Shown here: positions 12,515 through 28,968 of the stretch, in pieces
How the letters are laid out: each line of letters opens with the position of its first letter
Numbering within the stretch: position 1 is the first letter of the stretch
NCBI RefSeq assembly: GCF_009914755.1
Contig: NC_060925.1
Length of the DNA stretch: 64,000 bases
Direction: 5' to 3' (one strand)
Source of the DNA: the human T2T-CHM13v2.0 reference genome, Homo sapiens
Program-made: the position numbers and the translations under genes
Notes under the pieces: model-generated
The model's database searches: none
Seen by the model: the letters and a program-made list of their open reading frames with translations, nothing else
Told to the model about the DNA's origin: nothing

Positions 12515-12950
12515 TACTGGAGTTAATAAACTAATTCAGTAAACTTGCAGCATACAAGATAAACAGATAAAAACCAGGTTTGTTAGCAATGAAAAATCTT
12601 AAAGGAAAATTAATACATTTCATTTACAATAGCATCCATAAGAATAACATATCTAGGAATAAATTTAAGAAGGTGAAATACATGTACACTAAAAACTACA
12701 TAACATTGCATAAAAAGATCAAAGAAGAACTAAATAAATGGGAAAACATCCTGTGTCCATGGGTTGGAAAGTTTAATATAGTTAACATAGAAATACTACT
12801 CCAAGCAATCTACAGATTCAATACAATCTTATCCAAATTCAGTGGCCTATTTTTTTTTCAGAAATAAAAAAGAAGAACTTCTTATTCAGAAAAAAATTGC
12901 AAGTATCCCCAAATAGCAAAAACAATCTTGAAAAACAAGAATAAACACCT
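12102..12950 (+). mobile_element. Old L1M (ORF1 end and ORF2 fragments) with a (CA)n run at 12461-12511
   Basis: ORF track gives KEELNKWENILCPWVGKFNIV...AIYRFNTI, which is L1 ORF2-like. Confidence 0.75.
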
Positions 12951-13084
12951 CTTATTCCAAAGGTCTTTAATTGCTTCCAGCAATATGGTGTAGTCTTCAG
13001 TGTATGGGTTTCCACATCCTTTGCAATGCAGTTTTTATATTTTGATGCTATTGTAAATGTTTGCTTAAAAGAAACTTTTTAAAA

Positions 13085-14223
13085 ATTTTATTAAAATTGT
13101 ATATATTTAAGGTCTGCAACATGATGTTTCCACATGTATCTACATAATGAACTAATGGCTACATTCAAGCTAATTAGCATATCTACCTCTTCACATAGTT
13201 CCTTTTTAAGAGTAATGGAACACACGATCTACTCTTTTAGCAAACTCCAAGTATACAATACAGCATGAACAATAGTCCCCATGCTGTACATTAGGTCTCT
13301 AAAACTCATTGTGTAACCAAAAGCAGGTTAGTTGCTCACCACATGCAGAGTGCAATTAAGTGTGAGGCCTGGCACAAAAAAAAAAAAGTGAATTTATTTC
13401 CAAAGCTGGCTTGGGGAAAGATGCATAACATGTCCTGCTTTGAATGTGTCACCTCACCTTTGGAGCAAAAAGTGGATTTTTTATAAGTTAAAGGGAGAAG
13501 TGAGCAAGGACAGAGGGGTCTCCCTGCTCCCAGGCAGTTATCCACTGGGCAGTCAAGATGGTATCTTTCTGGTCAGAAGTAAGTTGTAAAAGTGACCAGG
13601 TGGGAATGCTTTCAACATGCCCTCCTAGTGGGTGTAAGTTCTGAGGTGACCCCAAATGGTGGAAGTTCTGTGATGGGTGTGGTTTGGTCTGCAAATCAAC
13701 TGTGCACTCTTGAGGAGAGATCTGTCTTGAAACACACAGAAGAATTTGTTCTGAAGGGTGTGTCTGCTGATGGGGAGGTGATAGGTTATGTTTCCATTTC
13801 CAAAGGACTACGTAGAAAACATAGAATGGGGGAAAAGGGGAGAGGAGAAGAGAAGAAATAATAATAATAACAATAATAAAAGTAACTCATTCTTTTTATC
13901 TTAGGAAAAATTGGGGCACTCTGTTACAATTCATTCTACATAACTGAAGCTCTGTATCCTTTGACCAACATCTCCTCATTCCCCATCTCCCACCCCTCCT
14001 CTGGTAACCGCCATTCTACTCTCTGTTTCCATGAATTCAACTTTTTTAGTTTCCATGTATAAGTGAGATCATGCAGTACTTGTTCTGTGTCTGGCTTATT
14101 TTGCTTAGCATAATGTCTTTCAGGTTCATCCATATTATCACAAATGACAGGGTTTCCTTCATTTTCATGGCTGAAAAATACTGCATTGTATATGTGTTAC
14201 ATAGACACACACATACTAAAAAA

Positions 14224-14260
<37 letters not shown>
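13085..14260 (-). mobile_element. L1MA/L1MB-type 3' end, interrupted by an LTR
   Basis: Reverse strand reads MKETLSFVIIWMNLKDIMLSKISQTQNKYCMISL (L1 ORF2 C-terminus) followed by 3' UTR. Confidence 0.75.
13312..13928. mobile_element. Probable ERV1-class solo LTR, family not assigned
   Basis: tgtaac...gttaca inverted termini, flanks attg/attc (4-bp TSD with one mismatch), host L1 resumes on both sides. Confidence 0.65.
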
Positions 14261-14262
<2 letters not shown>

Positions 14263-14513
14263 AAAAACACTCTGTGCACTCCTAATAGGTCTGAGTTTTA
14301 CCTGTAATCATACAGCATGTGTTCTCTTGTTCCTTTGTTTCATTGAAAATTTAGTTTGCAGGGTTTTCTTTCATCTTTATTTTTCTCTGGTTTCCAGAAA
14401 TAACAATTCTACCTCTTTCCAATGGAACCTTAAAATCCAAGTAAGACAAAATATATTCTGCTGAATGTTTAGACTTCTTTTTTTTTTGTATTTGACTTTT
14501 TAAAAAATGCATG

Positions 14514-14786
14514 TTTTTTGAGATGGAGTCTCACTCTCACCCAGCCTGGAGTGCAGTGGTGTGATCTCGGCTCACTGCAACCTCTGCTTCCTGGGCTCAG
14601 GCAATCCTCCCTCCTCGGCCTCCCTAGTGGCTCTGACCATAGGTATGCACCACCACGTCCAGCTAATTTTTTTTAATTATTTTTGTAGAGACAGGGTTTC
14701 ACCATGTTGCCTCAGCTGGTCTTGAACTCCTGAGTTCAAATAATCTGCCCGTGTCGGACCTCCCAAAGGGTTGGGATTACAGGCAC
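14514..14786 (-). mobile_element. AluJ-type SINE
   Basis: Reverse Alu dimer, heavily diverged. Confidence 0.9.
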
Positions 14787-15659
14787 CAAGGGGGATTTAT
14801 CCCAGGGATAGAAGGTTAGTTTGATCACTTCGCAATGATAAAAGATTCAACTTACCAAGAGCATATCAGCTTTTGGCCTCAATATATATAAAGGAAAAAC
14901 TGATAGAGCTCCAAGGGGAGGGCGAGGTCTGGAAGGGTTCCTGCCCCATGGCCCTGGGGGTTCAGCCTTAGCAGACAAGTCTGAGCAAGGGTGGTGGAGT
15001 GCAGAACCTTGAGCCTGCTATGCAGGGAGGGAAAGGAAGCTGGCAAAAGAAACAATGAGACTGCAAAACACTTGGGGAGTTTTCAAGAAATTGGTTCAAA
15101 GGGATTTTAGTTCTGTGGTCATTCCTCAGTCCTCTTGATGACAGAGAGAACACAAACAGAATGTGTAGATTCCTTTTATAACAAAAATTCTGTGAGAGAA
15201 ACATAACTAGAAAATACAACTAACTGTACAGAAATCTGTATCAGCTACCTAAAATATGTAGTCTTTCATTTTGACCATGAAACAACAATAAAGGATCACC
15301 ACATGTTTGGGGGCATGAATGGCAGCATAAAAATCTAAAACTAAGATAAACACAGTAACTAATTCCAGAGAATGTAGTAACAATTCAGGAAACTACAGTC
15401 AACAAAAACAAAACTATATAAAGCACCCTCTAATATCCTCAAAAAGAATCAAGATGATACTTAATTAAGAAAAAAACTACCAAGCAAGAAACAAATACTA
15501 TGAAAAGGGATAAATACAATCAAAGGGATAAAAAGAGCTCTTGGAAGTAAAGATGTGATTGTTGACATGAGTTCAATAGAAGGGTTAAAATATATGATTG
15601 AAGAAATGTCCTAGAAAATGACATAGTGATAGAAAATATTTATGAAAAGATAAGATGCA

Positions 15660-15966
15660 GCCAGGTGCAATGGCTCACACCTGTAATCCCAGCACTTTGG
15701 GAGGTTGAATAGGGCAGATCACTTGAGCCCAGGAGTTTGAGACCAGCCTGGGTGACTTAGTGGGACCTCATCTCCAAAAAATAAAATATAAAAATAAATA
15801 AATAGCCAGGTGTTGTGGTGAACACCTACAGCCCTGGCTACTTGGGAGGCTGAGGTGGAAGGATCACTTGAGCCCAAGAGGTCAAGGCTGCAGTGAGCTG
15901 TGGTCGTGCCACTGTACTCCAGCCTGAGTGACAGAGTAAGACCCTGCCTCAAAAATAAATAATTAA
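15660..15966 (+). mobile_element. AluJ-type SINE
   Basis: Full dimer; TSD ataagatgca at 15650-15659 and 15967-15976. Confidence 0.92.
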
Positions 15967-15983
15967 ATAAGATGCATAGAGGG

Positions 15984-16826
15984 TGAGATGGTTAATTTTA
16001 TGTGTCAGCTTGACTAGACTAAGGGATTTCCGGATAACTGGTGAAATATGATTTCTGAGTATGACTGTGAAGCTGTTTAAGAAAAAGATTAGCATTTCAA
16101 TCCATACACTGAGTAAAGAAGGTCCACGCTCACCAACGTGGGTGGACATTATCCAGTCATTTGAGAGCCCACATAAAACAAAAAAGCAGAAGAAAGGCAA
16201 ATACTCTGTTTCTGTCTCTGTCTCTGTCTCTGTCTCTGTCTGTCTGTTTCTCTGTTTTCTTGAGCTAGGGCATCCATCTTCTCCTGCCCTCAGACATCAG
16301 AGCTGCTGGTTCTTGGGCCTGAGGACTCTAATACTTACACCAGTGTCCCTGCCCTCCACCCTAGTTCTCAGGCCTTGGACCTTGGACTGGGAATTTCGCC
16401 ATTAGCTCCCCTGGTTCTCAGGCCTTTGGACTTGGACTTGGAAAGCACCAGCTTTCCTGGTTCTCCAGCTTGCAGAGAGCATATTGTGGAACTCCACACC
16501 TTCTAATAATCCCATGAGCCAATTCCTATAATAAACTTCTGATATAGAAATATTTGTCAAAGATTGAATACAAAAAGAATGATTTTCCAAATTCTAATAA
16601 TAATTTTAGCTATGATGAAACACAGGCTACACAAACAACTGATGAGATAGTAGCTATTTAACTGGCAATAACAACAAAGTGTCTTCAGTATTCAAGACTT
16701 CATAGATCCCTATGTTATCTTCAGTCAGATGCTTTGCCTTGAACAAAACAACTATAAAAGATATATATATATATAATCTTTTATAGTTGTTCTGTTCTGT
16801 TTCTCTGGAGAACCCTGACTAACACA
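15984..16826 (+). mobile_element. MLT2 (ERVL) solo LTR with an internal foreign insert
   Basis: tgagatggttaattttatgtgtcagcttgact start and tttctctggagaaccctgactaacaca end. Confidence 0.8.
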
Positions 16827-17424
16827 CAAGGTCAACCCAGAAGGTATGACATCCAAGTAATAAGAATTCTAGAGATAGAAAATAGAAGGAAGAAAATTAA
16901 GAAAAATAATAGAATACACTAATGCTAAGGAAAAATAAATTTATAGTTAGGAAGAGCCCACTAAATGTCAAGCATAATGAATGAAAAGAGAACCTACCTA
17001 AACTCACATTGTAAACTTTCATAACAGCCAGGATAGAAGCATGACTAAAAGCTTGCACAGAGGAAAAACAGGTTGTATATGAAAAATCAGAGTGGCTCAG
17101 GCTTCTCAGAAATCACATTAGATGCTAGAAATTAATAGGGTAATTAATGCCTTAACAGCTCTGAGGGAAAGCATTTTTGAACTTGATGCTCAAACTCAGC
17201 CAAACTGCCAGTCTAGGAAAAAAGCAAAATTAAATAATTTTTAGACATGCAAGAAATTAACTTTAAGTAAAAATGGCCATTGACCAAACATATTTTTCTC
17301 TTTCCCTCCCAAAACCACACAAAAACACCAGTAATGTAATAAAGAAGACAGTACCTAGGGTGGCACAGGAATCTTTCTTTGTCCAAGGATTGTCCCTTTG
17401 TGATTACTAAGCACCCCCTTTCAC

Positions 17425-17786
<362 letters not shown>

Positions 17787-18793
17787 TAATCTACAAATTA
17801 AAAAAAAAAAACTATCAATTTCAACAGATTTGGAGGAGGTGGAAAGCAAATGGAAAAGTGATAACTGACTTAGCAGAATAAAAATTACAACAAATTCTAC
17901 AGAAGGGAATGCACACAGAAGTTGATTTGCCCTTAAAAACCCCTGGAGGCTTTATTCTCTGGAGAAAATGAAGAAGTTCTTGATTCAATAATACAGAATT
18001 CAATAATTTGGTGAGGACTGGAAACACAGGGATTCAGTGAAAAAAATACGCACAATGGATAGCAGGCCTTCTGCCTCTTTCTCTGCTTTGAACCCAGAAT
18101 CCCAGCAGCCAGGCATACTTGCTTGCTTTGTATGTGTCTATAAAAATTAGAAAGAAATGTGTTCCTTGATGGCCCAAAAAACGTAAAAGGAGATAGTGAC
18201 TATTGCAGGCCCATAATTTCTGCCTTGAGTAGAGCAATGAAGAGGGTGGAAACCCTTCTCCCCTATCCTGGTTGCACAGTCAATTTCTGCATTGCTTGTC
18301 CCATCTTCAAAGAGACCAGAACAGTTCTAGGACCCAATACCTTTCACTGAAGGTTTCCATCTATAGGACCCTGCATTTGGTAAGGAATACATAGTGAGTA
18401 CAACTTTTTGACCAGTCTCTGTCTTTTGGTGTCAAAATTTCTACCTTATAGAGAGAATCACAGAATGGTTTAGGTCCACCTCTACACACCTCCCCATAAA
18501 AAGGAGGCTTCTCTAATTTTGTCCTTCCTTAGAACACTAGAGCTACATTATTAGACTGTGTTTAATTATTTTTTTTACAGATCTGTCTTCATCACTAAAC
18601 TCCAAAATGCATATGGTTGAGAATAATATATATTTGGTTTTTGTACCATCAAGACGGGTTCAGTGCCTGGCAGCTTGCTGAAGAAATTAGTCTAGTAGAT
18701 TACTGGTAATGAAGTCATTTGCACATGAGAGCATCACATAATAATATTAACACCTCTGAAATCCTTCTTTCAAAAATTATCAAACATTCATGA

Positions 18794-19588
18794 TGTTGCA
18801 GGAAGTCAGGGACCCCAAACAGAGGGACCGGCTAAAGCCATGGCAGAAGAACATAAATTGTGAAGATTTCATGGACATTTATCACTTCCCCTAACAATAC
18901 TCTTATAATTTCCTATGCCTGTCTTTACTTTAATCTCTTAATCCCATCATCTTCATAAGCTGAGGTTGTATGTCACCTCAGGATCCTGTGATGATTGCAT
19001 TAACTGTACAAATTGTTTGTAAAACATGTGTGTTTGAACAACATGAAATCAGGGCACCCTGAAAAAGAACAGAACAACAGCGATCTTCAGGGAACAAGGG
19101 AAGATAACCTTAAGGTCTGACTGCCTGCAGGGTCGGGCAGAATAGAGCCATATTTTTCTTCTTGCAGAAAGCGAGTAGGAGAAATATTGCTGAATTCTTT
19201 TCTCAGCAAGGAATAACCCTGGGGAAGGAATGCATTCCCGGGATAGGTCTATAGACAGCCACTCTGGGAGTATCTGTCTTATGCAGTTGAAGATAAGGGA
19301 TGAAATATGCCCTGGTCTCCTGCAGTGCCCTCAGGCTTACCAGGATTGGGAAATTCCAGCCTGGTGAATTCTAGTGAGACCAGTTGTCTGCTCTCGAACC
19401 CTGTTTCCTGTTAAGATGTTTATCAAGACAATGCATGCCCAGCGGGACATGGAACCTCATCAGTAATTCTAATTTCGCCCTCTGCCTTGTGATCTTTTAT
19501 TGCCCTCTGAAGCATGTGATCCCTGTGACCTATCCCTATTCATACACCCCTCCCCTTTTGAAATCCCTAGTAAAAACTTGCTGGTTTT
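18794..19588 (+). mobile_element. MER11 (HERV-K11/HML-8) solo LTR, 5' part
   Basis: tgttgcaggaagtcagggaccccaaacagagggacc... is the MER11 start; split by an L1. Confidence 0.88.
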
Positions 19589-21434
19589 AGGGGGCAGCCA
19601 AGATGGCCAAATAGGAACAGCTCCAGTCTACAGCTCCCAGCACGAGCGACGCAGAAGACGGGTGATTTCTGCATTTCCATCTGAGGTACCGGGTTCATCT
19701 CACTAGGGAGTGCCAGACAGTGGGCTCAGGACAGTGGGTGCAGCACACCGTGCATGAGCCCAAGCAGGGCGAGGCATTGCCTCACTCGAGAAGTGCAAGT
19801 GGTCAGGTAGTTCCCTTTCCTAGTCAAAGAAAGGGGTGACAGATGGCACCTGGAAAATCAGGTCACTCCCACCCTAATACTGCGCTTTTCCGACGGGCTT
19901 AAAAAACAGCGCACCAGGAGATTATATCCCGCACCTGGCTCGGAGGGTCCTACACCCAGGGAGTCTCACTGACTGCTAGCACAGCAGTCGGAGATCAAAC
20001 CGCAACGTGGCAGCGAGGCTGGGGGAGGGGCGCCAGCCATTGCCCAGGCTTGCTTAGGTAAACAAAACAGCCGGGAAGCTCAAACAGGGTGGAGCCCACC
20101 ACAGCTCAAGGATGCCTGCCTGCCTCTGTAGGCTCCACCACTGGGGGCAGGGCACAGACAAACAAAAAGACAGCAGTAAACTCTGCAGACTTAAATGTCC
20201 CTGTCTGACAGCTTTGAAGAGAGCAGTGGTTCTCCCAGCATGCAGCTGGAGATCTGAGAACAGGCAGACTGCCTCCTCAAGTGGGTCCCTGACCCCTGAC
20301 CCATGAGCAGCCTAACTGGGAGGCACCCCCGAGTAGGGGCAGACTGACACCTCACATGGCCGGATACTCCTCTGAGACAAAACTTTCAGAGGAATGATCA
20401 GACAGCAGCATTCACAGTTCATGAAAATCCACTGTTCTGCAGCCACCACTGCTGTTACCCAGGCAAACAGGGTCTGGAGTGGACCTCTAGCAAACTCCAA
20501 CAGACCTGCAGCTGAGGGTCCTCTCTGTTAGAAGGAAAACTAACAAACAGAAAGGACATCCACACCAAAAACCCATCTGTACATCACCATCATCAAAGAC
20601 CAAAAGTAGATAAAACCACAAAGATGGGAAAAAAACAGAGCAGAAAAACTGGAAACTCTAAAAAGCAGAGCACCTCTCCTCCTCCAAAGGAACGCAGTTC
20701 CTCACCAGCAATGGAACAAAGCTGGACAGAGAATGACTTTGATGAGTTGAGAGAAGAAGGCTTCAGACGATCAAACTACTCCAAGCTACAGGAGGAAATT
20801 CAAACCAAAGGCAAAGAAGTTAAAAACTTTGAAAAAACTTTAGACGAATGTATAACTAGAATAACCAATACAGAGAAGTGCTTAAAGGAGCTGATGGAGC
20901 TGAAAGCCAAGGCTCGAGAATTACATGAAGAATGCAGAAGCCTCAGGAGCTGATGCGATCAACTGGAAGAAAGAGTATCAGTGATGAAAGATGAAATGAA
21001 TGAAATGAAGTGAGAAGGGAAGTTTAGAGAAAAAAGAATTAAAAAAAATGAACAAAGCCTCCAAGAAATACAGGACTATGTGAAAAGACCAAATCTACGT
21101 CTGATTGGTGTACCTAAAAGTGACGGGGAGAATGGAACCAAGTTGGAAAACACTCTGCAGGATATTATCCAGGAGAACTTCCCCAATCTAGCAAGGCAGG
21201 CGAACGTTCAGATTCAGGAAATACAGAGAACACCACAAAGATACTCCTCGAGAAGAGCAACTCCAAGACATAATTGTCAGATTCACCAAAGTTGAAATGA
21301 AGGAAAAAATGTTAAGGGCAGCCAGAGAGAAAGGTCGGGTTACCCACAAAGGGAAGCCCATCAGACTAACAGCTGATCTCTCGGCAGAAACTCTACAAGC
21401 TGAAAGAGAGTGGGGGCCAATATTCAACGTTCTT

Positions 21435-21436
21435 TT

Positions 21437-21479
<43 letters not shown>

Positions 21480-24028
21480 TTGATAATTCTTGGGTGTTTC
21501 TCACAGAGGGGGATTTGGCAGGGTCATGGGACAATAGTGGAGGGAAGGTCAGCAGATAAACAAGTGAACAAAGGTCTCTGGTTTTCCTAGGCAGAGGACC
21601 CTGCGGCCTTCCGCAGTGTTTGTGTCCCTGGTTACTTGAGATTAGGGATTGGTGATGACTCTTAACGAGCATGCTGCCTTCAAGCATCTGTTTAACAAAG
21701 CACATCTTGCACCGCCCTTAATCCATTTAACTCTGAGTGGACACAGCACATGTTTCAGAGAGCACAGGGTTGGGGGTAAGGTCACAGATCAACAGGATCC
21801 CAAGGCAGAGGAATTTTTCTTAGTGCAGAACAAAATGAAAAGTCTCCCATGTCTACTTCCTTCCACACAGACACGGCAACCATCCGATTTCTCAATCTTT
21901 TCCCCACCTTTCCCGCCTTTCTATTCCACAAAGCCGCCATTGTCATCCTGGCCCGTTCTCAATGAGCTATTATTGGGCACACCTCCCAGACGGGGTGGTG
22001 GCCGGGCAGAGGGGCTCCTCACTTCCCAGTAGGGGTGGCCGGGCAGAGGCGCCCCTCACCTCCCGGACGGGGCGGCTGGCCGGGCAGGGGGGCTGACCCC
22101 CCCCACCTCCCTCCCGGACGGGGCGGCTGGCCGGGCGGGGGGCTGAACCCCCCACCTCCCTCCCGGACGGGGCGGCTGGCTGGGCAGAGGGGCTCCTCAC
22201 TTCCCAGTAGGGGCGGCCGGGCAGAGGCGCCCCTCACCTCCCGGACGGGGCGGCTGGCCGGGCGGGGGGGCTGACCCCCCCCACCTCCCTCCCGGACGGG
22301 GCGGCTGGCCGGGCGGGGGGCTGACCCCCCCACCTCCCTCCCGGACGGGGCGGCTGGCCGGGCGGGGGGCCGACCCCCCCACCTCCCTCCCGGATGGGGC
22401 GGCTGGCCGGGCGGGGGGCCGACCCCCCCACCTCCCTCCCGGACGGGGCGGCTGGCTGGGCAGAGGGGCTCCTCACTTCCCAGTAGGGGCGGCCGGGCAG
22501 AGGCGCCCCTCACCTCCCAGACGGGGCGGCTGGCCGGGCGGAGGGCTGACCCCCCCACCTCCCTCCCAGACAGTGCGGCTGGCCGGGCGGGGGGCTGACC
22601 CCCCCACCTCCCTCCCGGATGGGGCGGCTGGCCGGGCAGAGGGGCTCCTCACTTCCCAGTAGGGGCGGCCGGGCAGAGGCGCCCCTCACCTCCCAGACGG
22701 GGCGGCTGGCCGGGGGGAGGGCTGACCCCCCCACCTCCCTCCCGGACAGGGCGGCTGGCCAGGCGGGGGGCTGACCCCCCCCACCTCCCTCCCGGACAGG
22801 GCGGCTGGCCGGGTTGGGGGGCTGACCCCCCCATCTCCCTCCCGGACGGGGTGGCTGGCCGGGCTGAGGGGCTCCTCACTTCCCAGTAGGGGCGGCCGGG
22901 CAGAGGCGCCCCTCACCTCCCGGACGGGGCGGCTGGCCGGGCGGGGGGCTGACCCCCCCACCTCCCTCCCGGACGGCACGGCTGGCCAGGCGGGGGGCTG
23001 ACCCCCCCACCTCCCTCCCGGACGGCACGGCTGGCCGGGCAGGGGGGCTGACCCCCCACCTCTCTCCCGGATGGGGCGGCTGGCCGGGCGGGGGGCTGAC
23101 CCCCCCCCACCTCCCTCCCGGACGGGGTGGCTGCTGGGCGGAGACGCTCCTCACTTCCCAGATGGGGTGGCTGCTAGGCGGAGAGGCTCCTCACTTCTCA
23201 GACGGGGCAGCTGCCGGGCGGAGGGGCTCCTCACTTCTCAGACGGGGTGGTTGCCAGGCAGAGGGTCTCCTCACTTCTCAGACGGGGCGGCCGGGCAGAG
23301 ACGCTCCTCACCTCCCAGATGGGGTCTCGGCCAGGCAGAGGCGCTCCTCACATCCCAGATGGGGCGGCGGGGCAGAGGCGCTCCCCACATCTCAGACGAT
23401 GGGCGGCCGGGCAGAGATGCTCCTCACTTCCTAGATGTGATGGCGGCTGGGAAGAGGCGCTCCTCACTTCCTAGATGGGATGGCGGCCAGGCGGAGACGC
23501 TCCTCACTTTCCAGACTGGGCAGCCAGGCAGAGGGGCTCCTCACATCCCAGACGATGGGTGGCCAGGCAGAGACGCTCCTCACTTCCCAGACGGGGTGGC
23601 GGCCGGGCAGAGGCTGCAATCTCGGCACTTTGGGAGGCCAAGGCAGGCGACTGGGAGGTAGAGGTTGTAGTGAGCCGAGATCACGCCACTGCACTCCAGC
23701 CTGGGCACCATTGAGCACTGAGTGAACGAGACTCCATCTGCAATCCCGGCACCTTGGGAGGCCGAGGTTGGCGGATCACTCGCGGTTAGGGGCTGGAGAC
23801 CGGCCCGGCCAACACAGCGAAACCCCGTCTCCACCAAAACCAATCAGGCATGGCGGCGCGTGCCTGCAATCGCAGGCATTCGGCAGACTGAGGCAGGAGA
23901 ATCAGGCAGGGAGGTTGCAGTGAGCCGAGATGGCAGCAGTACAGTCCAGCTTTGGCTCTGCATGAGAGGGAGACCATGGGGAGACGGAGAGGGAGAGGGA
24001 GAGGGAGAGGGAGAGGGAGAGGGAGAGG
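21435..24028 (-). mobile_element. Full-length SVA, SVA_F-like
   Basis: On the minus strand: (CCCTCT)n hexamer (~23987-24028), Alu-like domain, GC-rich VNTR (~21980-23610), SINE-R, (TAAA)n tail. TSD tcaacgttctt (21424-21434) / tcaacattctt (24029-24039). Alu-like tggttttggtggagacgg and gccaacctcgg resemble SVA_F as recalled. Confidence 0.95.
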
Positions 24029-24286
24029 TCAACATTCTTAAAGAAAAGAATTTTCAACCCAGAATTTCATATCCAGCCAAACAGCTTCATAAGTGAAGGA
24101 GAAATAAAATACTTTACAGAGAAGCAAATGCTGAGAGATTTTATCACCACCAGGCCTGCCCTAAAAGAGCTCCTGAAGGAAGCACTAAACATGGAAAGGA
24201 ACGAGTACCAGCCACTGCAAAATCATGCCAAATTGTAAAGACCATCAAGGCTAGGAATAAACTGCATCAACAAACGAGCAAAATAA

Positions 24287-28112
<3,826 letters not shown>

Positions 28113-28387
28113 ACAATGAGAACACATGGACACAGGAAGGGGAACATCACACTCGGGACTGTTGTGGGGTTGGGGGAGAGGGGAGGGATAGCATTAGGAG
28201 ATATACTTAATGCTAAATGACAGGTTAATGGGTGCAGCACACACCAGCTTGGCACATGTATACATATGTAACTAACCTGCACATTGTGCACATGTACCCT
28301 AAAACTTAAAGTATAATAATAATAAAATTAAAAAATTAAAATTAAAATTAAAAAATTAAAAAATTAAAAAATAAAAATAAATTAGAA

Positions 28388-28574
28388 AAATACTTGCTGG
28401 TTTTGCGTCTCAGGTGGGCATCACAGAAACTGCTGATATGTGATGTCATCCCCAGAGGCCCAGCTGTAAAATTTCTCTCTTTGTACTCTTTCTCTTTATT
28501 TCTCAGACTGGCTGACACTTAGGGAAAATAGAAAAGAACCTATGTTGAAATACTGGGGGCTGGTTCCCCCAATA
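28388..28574 (+). mobile_element. MER11 solo LTR, 3' part
   Basis: Continues the LTR after the L1 TSD and ends gggggctggttcccccaata. Confidence 0.88.
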
Positions 28575-28614
28575 CATATCACTCAAAATCATACACATGA
28601 ACTATGCAACATAC

Positions 28615-28770
28615 CTGCAGCAGGATTTTCAGATGGTCTAATGGCATTGTGCATGTCTGAGGATATGTACCAACTATGCCTCCAGCCAATAGATATTTCC
28701 ACAACAGGCTAGATTTTCTTCCTTCATCAATGAAATTATGAAAAGTCCATTTATCTCCCATATCAATTCC
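28615..28770 (-). pseudogene. SLC25A24/SCaMC-1-like pseudogene, exon-5 equivalent
   Basis: GIDMGDKWTFHNFIDEGRKSSLLWKYLLAGGIVGTYPQTCTMPLDHLKILLQ contains LLAGG and the carrier signature Px[DE]xx[KR]. Donor CAG|gtatgt is intact; the expected acceptor reads aa. Confidence 0.85.
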
Positions 28771-28968
28771 TTGCTTTAAAAAAATTAATAATAATTAGAT
28801 GATCTCAAATAAAAATTTTATCTCCTTATAAGATCTAAATAATGCTTTAAATATCTCAGATCCACAGTAAATTAATATCCTCTCCAAGAACATTGGGCTT
28901 CACTGACTAGCACAATTTAAAATAACTCATGAATAAGCTTGAGGTACCGTCAATTATAAATTAATAAA

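Noticed and set aside
18340-18445. Minus-strand exon-like segment as a possible carrier exon 6
   Set aside because: It has ag/gt-like ends, but the translation (VEILTPKDRDWSK...) shows no similarity to SLC25A24 exon 6.
19966-20040. L1 antisense ORF0
   Set aside because: Starts MAGAPPPASLPRCGLISDCCASSQ but hits TGA after 24 codons, so it is not intact.
21649-24096. Many overlapping Pro/Gly/Arg-rich ORFs
   Set aside because: Artefacts of the GC-rich SVA VNTR and Alu-like domain.
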